Positions 9,265 to 16,365 of a stretch of 22,618 bases of DNA are shown here, one piece after another. Under the pieces are notes generated by a model, which saw only the letters and a program-made list of their open reading frames with translations, was not told where the DNA came from and made no database searches. Source of the stretch: an uncultured archaeon (GTDB lineage: Archaea; Asgardarchaeota; Thorarchaeia; Thorarchaeales; Thorarchaeaceae); contig CAZSWP010000047.1 of assembly GCA_964610875.1 (NCBI GenBank), positions 1 to 22,618 of the forward strand, given 5' to 3'. Each line of letters begins with the position of its first letter. The stretch's first letter is position 1. The position numbers and the translations under genes were made by a program.

Positions 9265-9912
9265 TCATTCTTCATTGATTTCCTCATTGGATAGTTCCTC
9301 AATCTGTCCTGAAGCCATGTCTGCTCCATCACCAAGCCCAGCCTGTGCCTTCAAGTCTTCAGGAATGAATTGATAGAGAATGATTCCGGCCATAATATTG
9401 ATGATTGCTTGAATCGTATTCAAGAAAAGGTATGCAGCTGAACCAATAATTGCCGCATCAAGTGGAAGGCCGTAAAAGAGTTGTAACAGAAAGATATTGG
9501 TGAAAAACATCCCAGTATCCCTAAAAATGGTGCCAAATATCACAAAGACTAGCACTCTCGATCTCTTTGAGAGATTAAGACGAGTGGAGATGAGTCTTGC
9601 AGAGAGAAGTCCTAAAATGGTAAAGAGTTCGGCAAAGCCCTTGAAGGCGGCACCGATAAAATTTCTGTAGCCAATTGCAACCCACATGGCAGTAATTGCA
9701 ATAATAGAGAACACAAAGCCAAGACCTATGAATATAATGACAATAGGAATACCTGTGGGGTCAAGTGTGAATCTACCAGAAGGATCAATTGGAATATCGG
9801 TCACTCCAGGAATAGGAAATGCTTCCAGAGCAATGACAATGGCAGTGAAGACTGCTAGTAACGCAATGCTCTTTGAGTCCTGCCTGATTCGATGTTTTTC
9901 TAGCCAATCCAT
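9265..9912 (-). CDS. ECF transporter substrate-binding (S) component, substrate unknown
   Basis: SKSIALLAVFTAIVIALE helix 1 with AxxxA, FTLDPTGIP loop, about 6 TM segments, late FLNTIQAIIN; GAGGT SD. Confidence 0.75.
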   Translation of the reverse strand: MDWLEKHRIRQDSKSIALLAVFTAIVIALEAFPIPGVTDIPIDPSGRFTLDPTGIPIVIIFIGLGFVFSIIAITAMWVAIGYRNFIGAAFKGFAELFTILGLLSARLISTRLNLSKRSRVLVFVIFGTIFRDTGMFFTNIFLLQLFYGLPLDAAIIGSAAYLFLNTIQAIINIMAGIILYQFIPEDLKAQAGLGDGADMASGQIEELSNEEINEE

Positions 9913-9924
9913 ATTTTGTGACCT
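9911..9924 (-). promoter_or_regulatory. AGGTCACAAAAT motif overlapping the SD/start of the ECF gene
   Basis: Inverted copy of the repeats at 10460-10485. Confidence 0.4.
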
Positions 9925-10049
9925 CTCATATATCGATTAATTGTCCTGAGGGAAATCAGATTGATTGGTTTTCTTGTAGATTAACGCAAAGACAATCGCC
10001 TGAAAAAGTCACTGGCAGTATGATTGGTATTCGTAAGAAGTAGATACAG

Positions 10050-10084
10050 AAAAAAAGTGCTCACGTTGCCTCTAACACGAGCAC
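10050..10084 (-). terminator. 11-bp hairpin plus U7 terminator closing the micro-ORF unit
   Basis: GUGCUCGUGUU-AGAGGC-AACGUGAGCAC-UUUUUUU on the minus strand (two G-U pairs). Confidence 0.8.
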
Positions 10085-10183
10085 GTCTTCCTTTGACAGG
10101 TCACAACCTTCGCAAGGTCCTTGTGACGTCTTGTGTAAGGTGAGATTATCATTTCTCACCAGATGTTCATGCTTCACCTTCAT
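10061..10183 (-). CDS. Candidate 40-aa micro-protein with CxxC (ORF C)
   Basis: MKVKHEHLVRNDNLTLHKTSQGPCEGCDLSKEDVLVLEAT*; AGGAGG SD at normal spacing; stop inside the terminator stem. Overlaps the alternative ORF D. Confidence 0.4.
   Translation of the reverse strand: MKVKHEHLVRNDNLTLHKTSQGPCEGCDLSKEDVLVLEAT
10072..10152 (-). CDS. Candidate 26-aa basic Cys-tailed peptide (ORF D, alternative frame to ORF C)
   Basis: MIISPYTRRHKDLAKVVTCQRKTCSC*; preceded by GGTGA; stop at the terminator loop. Confidence 0.35.
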   Translation of the reverse strand: MIISPYTRRHKDLAKVVTCQRKTCSC

Positions 10184-10189
10184 CAGGAT

Positions 10190-10288
10190 CTACCTCCTGA
10201 TGTAAGTATAAGCATAAGCTAGAGCATCAGTAGAGCCAGCACGCTTGGTGATTCTGCGCTGGGTCTTGTTGTCCTTAGCTAGAGCCAT
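10190..10288 (-). CDS. 32-aa basic micro-protein (peptide B), paralog of peptide A
   Basis: MALAKDNKTQRRITKRAGSTDALAYAYTYIRR*; strong GAGGTGA SD overlapping the stop of peptide A; synonymous differences from A in the shared motifs. Confidence 0.8.
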   Translation of the reverse strand: MALAKDNKTQRRITKRAGSTDALAYAYTYIRR

Positions 10289-10295
10289 GTTCTTT

Positions 10296-10403
10296 TCACC
10301 TCACAACAGTTCTGAATGCATAAGCAAGAGCATCAGTCTTCTGAGCTTTTGCAGCTTTGTTCTGTGTTCCGTGATTCCGGGTTGTGTTCTTTGCAAACGC
10401 CAT
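10296..10403 (-). CDS. 35-aa basic micro-protein (peptide A)
   Basis: MAFAKNTTRNHGTQNKAAKAQKTDALAYAFRTVVR*; TATA box 33 nt upstream; paralogous to peptide B. Confidence 0.8.
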   Translation of the reverse strand: MAFAKNTTRNHGTQNKAAKAQKTDALAYAFRTVVR

Positions 10404-10435
10404 TGTTGTTCACAATAATTACTACTCAGAAATAG

Positions 10436-10485
10436 TATATAATACGAAGCCACGATATAGGGTCACAAAAATAGGTCACAAATTG
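10436..10485 (-). promoter_or_regulatory. TATA box plus tandem upstream TTTGTGACC repeats
   Basis: TTATATA at 10442-10436; GGTCACAAA direct repeats at 10461 and 10474 (13-bp period). Confidence 0.65.
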
Positions 10486-10515
10486 TTACTAGCTAAACTA
10501 GAAAATATAATGTTT

Positions 10516-11772
10516 CTAAGTCAATTTTAAGTCAAGATTCTCCAAGGGCACCCATCCCTCAACATCTGTTTCAGTCTTCACCCATGCCCAAGCACTCTCT
10601 GTGAACATTATTTCAACTCTGATTCCTTTTTGTACTGGTAATTCATAGGAACTATAGTCACGTAGTGACTTGAAGGAACTAGAACTATCATCTATTTCCT
10701 GCAAGTAATGTTCTGGAACCCATCCTGTGGTACCAGTTGGGTGTTCACACAAAATCCACCCTGAATACTCCGTTCTCCCTCTCTCACCGTGAAGGATATC
10801 ATTTCTTTTCATTACAAGTGGAGGTGTTTCCTCTGGATCATGATTTCTAGTCACTATTGTCATTTTCGTGCCTCCCCGAGATTGCATTTTTTGTGCAATT
10901 ATAACACCGATTATTGTAATCACTCCACCCAGAATTTGGATGATACTTGTACTCTCGCCGAGAATGAGTACTGACATCAATACCCCCCAGACACCAATCA
11001 AGTTGAGAGCAATCTGTACCCGAGAGGCCTCAATATACTTCATTGATTCATAGTATAAGACAAACGCGATGAATGTGTTCACAATTGCAACCCATGTGAC
11101 TGCAAGCCATACGTCACTACTGAGGGAGAGAAGAATAGATGTATCTTCCAGTAGAAATGCAGAGGTCCAGATGAAAGGCACTGCCAATAGAGAACTGTAG
11201 AAAGACACAGACACAGAGTCAATGGTCTTCACAACCATCTTCCCAACAATTCCATTGAGTGCGAAGAGAAGTGTCGAAACTATGATTATGAGATCACCAA
11301 TCAACCGTATTGGACCAATTGAGGATTCTATTGGAGTACCACCAAGGACAATGAGTGAAGCTCCAAGTGTAGCCAAGATAAGGCCACCTACTTTGTCTGC
11401 AGTGATCTTTTCACCAAGTAGAGGGGTAGCTAGGACTACTGCGAACACAGGAGTGAAGTTCAGTAGCAGAAGGGTTTCTCCAGCTGCGGTCAGACTCAGT
11501 CCAATGTATTGTAGTATCTGAGAGAGAAACGGGCCGGTGATACCTGCAAGTAACAAAAGACGAAGGCTTGTCTTTATCTCAGACCTCGTTGCTGTATGTT
11601 TCTTCCGCATCATCAAGAGAGCAAAGAGAAAGGGACATGCAAGTGTATACCGAAGTGCAACAAAGAGAATTGGAGTCAATTGTACGTAGACTATCTTTGC
11701 TATTATCAAGGATGAGGACCAAAAGACAGTAGTGAATATGATACCAACCCATGCAAGTATCTTCTTCTCCAA
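10516..11772 (-). CDS. EamA/DMT-family transporter fused to tandem SH3-like domains
   Basis: About 300 aa of 10-TM EamA repeats, then two GW...GWVP..L SH3-type repeats; internal GGGGAGG SD with in-frame ATG at 10863. Confidence 0.88.
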   Translation of the reverse strand: MEKKILAWVGIIFTTVFWSSSLIIAKIVYVQLTPILFVALRYTLACPFLFALLMMRKKHTATRSEIKTSLRLLLLAGITGPFLSQILQYIGLSLTAAGETLLLLNFTPVFAVVLATPLLGEKITADKVGGLILATLGASLIVLGGTPIESSIGPIRLIGDLIIIVSTLLFALNGIVGKMVVKTIDSVSVSFYSSLLAVPFIWTSAFLLEDTSILLSLSSDVWLAVTWVAIVNTFIAFVLYYESMKYIEASRVQIALNLIGVWGVLMSVLILGESTSIIQILGGVITIIGVIIAQKMQSRGGTKMTIVTRNHDPEETPPLVMKRNDILHGERGRTEYSGWILCEHPTGTTGWVPEHYLQEIDDSSSSFKSLRDYSSYELPVQKGIRVEIMFTESAWAWVKTETDVEGWVPLENLDLKLT

Positions 11773-11782
11773 CCATTCACAC

Positions 11783-12598
11783 CTACAGTAATTTCATTTC
11801 TTCAAAGCACTGCTTTAGCAGGAGATATCCATGATGTATGACTGAGCGATATGCTTTGTTGCTCTTGAAGTCTGAGAGAAACATGTCCCACCCAGATCTA
11901 TAGAATCCAACATAATGTTCAGCAATGTGAGCTCTGTCACTCTCTTTCAGTTCTTTTGCGATCCTTGTTCTATTCCAGGACCATACTTCCAGTGGGTCTT
12001 CGTGCTGTTGTGATAGTAACCGTACCGGTGTCGGGGACACGAGCCAACATATACGCCTGACAAGTGACCAGATATCAAATCCCACACGATCAACTGTACT
12101 CAAAGGTAACCTCTCCAGAACCTCTTCTAATTCTTGCATATTATTTCTATCAATCTCACGAATGACATCTGGAGATGGGGGATTCTCTTGTTTTGGATTT
12201 CCATGGAGAATTTGAACATTTTCAAGTCGTGGGGGAACGTAGATAATTAATTGTTTCAATCTGTTGACATCTACTAGTTGTGTACGAGGCATGTGTAAAT
12301 GCTCAGGTTGGCGTTTGAGAAACTCTTTCTCGAAAGACTCAGATATCTCCAATGCCTGTTCAAATGAAACTTCACTTAGTATCATGGGCGCATCATCCAC
12401 TGTTTTGACGTGGATATCAACATCGCTTAACACAGGAACATAATCAATTGGTGAGTCCCAGGGTTTCACACAGGACCCCTTCATGATCACATAGTCCAAC
12501 TTATTCCCAAATTCTGTCTGAAGAACTGCGTTCCAAGCTTGACCACATGATTCAATGTCTTCTCGAGCACGTGCTTGTAGGGGCTGGAAATCGGGCAT
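11783..12598 (-). CDS. Pol-beta-superfamily nucleotidyltransferase-fold protein
   Basis: VIMKGS...DYVPVLSDVDIHV (GS...DxD motif) followed by a helical C-terminal region. Confidence 0.7.
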   Translation of the reverse strand: MPDFQPLQARAREDIESCGQAWNAVLQTEFGNKLDYVIMKGSCVKPWDSPIDYVPVLSDVDIHVKTVDDAPMILSEVSFEQALEISESFEKEFLKRQPEHLHMPRTQLVDVNRLKQLIIYVPPRLENVQILHGNPKQENPPSPDVIREIDRNNMQELEEVLERLPLSTVDRVGFDIWSLVRRICWLVSPTPVRLLSQQHEDPLEVWSWNRTRIAKELKESDRAHIAEHYVGFYRSGWDMFLSDFKSNKAYRSVIHHGYLLLKQCFEEMKLL

Positions 12599-12637
12599 AT
12601 CTCAGCATGAAAATAACTAGTAGAAATGCTTTTGGCA

Positions 12638-12931
12638 TCAAAAAGAACGCGCATCAGCACCCCATCTGTACTCATCGATAGTGGATTTTTCAAGTACCAG
12701 TCGTGCAAAGTTCCACATGGCCTTCGCCAACAGTGTGTTCTCGATCTCTACCTTCCAGTCGCTCCAAGGAGTATAGAGGTCGACTTTTGGGTCATAATCA
12801 CGAGTCTTTGAACGTACAGTATACTGTCCATCGTTGGTGCGGACGACTTGAATATGGGATATCTCAGTACGGTACTCTGCAGGGATGCCTCTCTCATCAA
12901 TGACATAATCATCAATCTTCGGCTCCCACAT
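12638..12931 (-). CDS. Hypothetical protein (97 aa)
   Basis: Natural-looking composition; GGTGT SD-like sequence; AT-rich promoter-like region upstream. Confidence 0.7.
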   Translation of the reverse strand: MWEPKIDDYVIDERGIPAEYRTEISHIQVVRTNDGQYTVRSKTRDYDPKVDLYTPWSDWKVEIENTLLAKAMWNFARLVLEKSTIDEYRWGADARSF

Positions 12932-13059
12932 AATACACCGTCTCGTCTATTCTTTATATTATCATCTAAAGTAATTGAGTATTATCGAATTTCCCCTTTG
13001 GGTAAAAAATGCTCTGAAAACGAAATATTTGCAAGGGCTGACTCATGCGTTTGAGTAGC

Positions 13060-13734
13060 TTATCTTGCGGAACGTGCGACTCGCTCGCGTTCTTCCTTTC
13101 TGGCCACTGCAAAACTACCAGGGTCGTTCTTGTATGCCAAAAGGAGTTCGTCGACTATACATTCTTCGAATGACTTGGCATTCTTGTGAGCATTTCGGAC
13201 TGCACCCACTGCAAGATATCTCAGCGCAAGGTCAATCCTTCGTTGGGGGGCAACATCTACAGAGCGTGGATATGCCATTCCACCGTATGAGATTCTTGTT
13301 GTTTCCTCTGCAGGAGCTGCGTTCTCAACAGCTGTGACCAGTACCTGAATGGGATTCATGCCAGTACGAAAATCAATCATCTCGAAAGCACGGTTGACCA
13401 CACCGATGATCATGGTCTTTTTGCCGGCATTACGACCAGTTCGGGTCTTCTTGTCCTTTCTACGACCGGCATTCATCAGCTTGTTGACATATCTCTCAAC
13501 TATAGGCACGTTTGATTTCCTGAACCTTCTGTGAGCATGTCTACCAGATGTGTGAGGGATTAAGACTGGCTTCAGAGAGATATAACGAATAAGACTGGGG
13601 TCTTTAATTTCAACTTGGGTGGAGTCCCACTTGCCAAAGAGTAATAGTTCGGGTGGTTCATGTACCATAACTGGCTCCTCAGCAGCTTCCACCTCTTCTT
13701 CGCCCTCAGTTGGAACTTTCTCTTCTTCTGCCAT
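13060..13734 (-). CDS. rps7: 30S ribosomal protein uS7 (archaeal S7 / eukaryotic S5 family)
   Basis: LLFGKW, PHTSGRH...FRKSNVPIVER, NPIQVLVTAVEN, VDVAPQRRIDLALR, ERERVARSAR. ATG 13734 lies behind AGGTGG. Confidence 0.98.
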   Translation of the reverse strand: MAEEEKVPTEGEEEVEAAEEPVMVHEPPELLLFGKWDSTQVEIKDPSLIRYISLKPVLIPHTSGRHAHRRFRKSNVPIVERYVNKLMNAGRRKDKKTRTGRNAGKKTMIIGVVNRAFEMIDFRTGMNPIQVLVTAVENAAPAEETTRISYGGMAYPRSVDVAPQRRIDLALRYLAVGAVRNAHKNAKSFEECIVDELLLAYKNDPGSFAVARKEERERVARSAR

Positions 13735-13743
13735 CTCGACCAC

Positions 13744-14187
13744 CTATCTGATTGGTTTCTCCTTCTTACCGTATATCAGCGACTCCAGACCGACACCGTT
13801 CACCTTGACAACCTTCCATCTAACCCCCGGTAAGTCTCCGATTGCGCCTCCTTCTGCACCGCCAATTCCTTCGACGAGTACCTGATCGTGTTCATCAATG
13901 TACTTGAGCCCGCCGTCACCAGGAATGAAAGCAGTGATCTGTTTGCCGTTCTTTGAGAGTTGAATTCTGACACACTTTCGGATAGCAGAGTTTGGCTGTT
14001 TTGACTCGACACCGACCTTTTCAAGGACGATGCCTCGAGCCTGTGGAGCACCCTCTAAGGGGTCACTCTTCTTCCGTAGTTTCAATACTCTTCTCTTATG
14101 GCTGGCTTTCTTCCAGCGGAACTTCTTGCGTTTTGCACGCAATGATCGTGCGGCAAACTCGCCAAGTGGGCTCTTTGAACCTGTCAA
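13744..14187 (-). CDS. rps12: 30S ribosomal protein uS12 (archaeal S12 / eukaryotic S23 family)
   Basis: [32 protein letters not shown]; TTG start with GAGGT SD. Confidence 0.99.
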   Translation of the reverse strand: MTGSKSPLGEFAARSLRAKRKKFRWKKASHKRRVLKLRKKSDPLEGAPQARGIVLEKVGVESKQPNSAIRKCVRIQLSKNGKQITAFIPGDGGLKYIDEHDQVLVEGIGGAEGGAIGDLPGVRWKVVKVNGVGLESLIYGKKEKPIR

Positions 14188-14281
14188 GTTTCTAATACCT
14201 CGCTAAATAATATGCGGAGCCAAACATGTATGAATAGCTCTGCATGGAGTCAGGGCTCATCGATTCATGTGTGCTTAAAAG
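14188..14281 (-). promoter_or_regulatory. Internal promoter and hairpin leader of rps12
   Basis: TTTTAAG at 14280-14274; AUGCAGAGCUA/UGGCUCCGCAU stem at 14245-14212. Confidence 0.5.
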
Positions 14282-14306
14282 GCTTGTCAAATGTTGCTGA
14301 AATGCA

Positions 14307-14741
14307 TTAGGTGATGACAACGTTATCGACACCAAAATGACGCCGAGCAAGTATTCTCGCCCGTGCAACATTTCTGCCATCGCGACCAATGGCTATCCCA
14401 CGGTCATCGTTATTTACTGTGACATGAGCAATGGTGCTTCCATCACGTGCCTCAGAGAGTTTTACCTTCTCAACCCGTGCTGGGGCTAAAGCGCTCTTTA
14501 CAAGGTCTTCAGCAGAGTCAGCGTTCTCTACAATATCTATTGTTCGTCCAAAGGCTTCGGCAGCGGCTTTCACATTGGAACCACCTTTGCCAATCGCTTT
14601 TCCAAGCTGTTTCTGACGGACAACGAAGATGATTCGCTCAGCATCGTCATCAATCACTACATCCACTGCTGCAGCACCAGTGATTCTCTCGAATGTGGCG
14701 ATGAGTTGCATGTCTTCCATGCTGAGTCGTACTTTCGACAA
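14307..14741 (-). CDS. nusA: Archaeal NusA (two KH domains)
   Basis: GKAIGKGGSNVK and GIAIGRDGRNV KH motifs; position between rpl30e and rps12. Start placed at TTG 14741 behind GAGGCG. Confidence 0.95.
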   Translation of the reverse strand: MSKVRLSMEDMQLIATFERITGAAAVDVVIDDDAERIIFVVRQKQLGKAIGKGGSNVKAAAEAFGRTIDIVENADSAEDLVKSALAPARVEKVKLSEARDGSTIAHVTVNNDDRGIAIGRDGRNVARARILARRHFGVDNVVIT

Positions 14742-14751
14742 GACTCTCGCC

Positions 14752-15045
14752 TCAGAACATCTTAAGGATCTTTGAGTCACCAGGTTCAATCACAGCAATG
14801 GCAGATACCATGAAGGGTTTACCAACAGTCTCTCCGAGGTCCCATGAGGTGCCTTCGAATAACTGTATATTGATGCCTCCGAGCTCTGCGTATCGCTCGA
14901 GGTCCTCACGTTCTTCAGCTGGGCAGTTAGCAGCTACCACTACTAGTTTTGCTTCTCCACGACGGAGGGCGTCGATAGAAGACTTTGCACCTACTTTGCA
15001 CTTTCCTGTGCTTACTGCGCTCTCGATTGCTTGATTTAGGCTCAA
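14752..15045 (-). CDS. rpl30e: 50S ribosomal protein eL30
   Basis: TGKCKVGAKSSI, KLVVVAANCP, DLGETVGKPFMVS, EPGDSKIL; TTG start. Confidence 0.97.
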   Translation of the reverse strand: MSLNQAIESAVSTGKCKVGAKSSIDALRRGEAKLVVVAANCPAEEREDLERYAELGGINIQLFEGTSWDLGETVGKPFMVSAIAVIEPGDSKILKMF

Positions 15046-15153
15046 TTATATGACCTCGCTTTGTTTGAACTGTGACTTAATAAAAGCCCTGAACAGGCTT
15101 GCTCCAAGTGATGTCCTGTTTTAACGTTTCCGTCCCTGCACAAACCAGACACC

Positions 15154-16365
<1,212 letters not shown>

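Noticed and set aside
10050-10403. tmRNA-like tag, C/D-box sRNA, SECIS/selenoprotein or histone fragment
   Set aside because: There is no tRNA-like domain, and ALAYA is internal rather than a terminal YALAA. UGAUGA lacks a properly placed downstream CUGA. Reading through the peptide A TGA stops 7 codons later. The histone resemblance is only a few residues.
10050-10403. Type I toxin-antitoxin locus
   Set aside because: SD sequestration fits, but the peptides are basic and hydrophilic with no TM helix, and I could not identify an antisense unit. Not fully excluded.
14742-14789. Longer NusA N-terminus given by the ORF track
   Set aside because: It overlaps rpl30e; SD position and typical archaeal NusA length favour TTG 14741.
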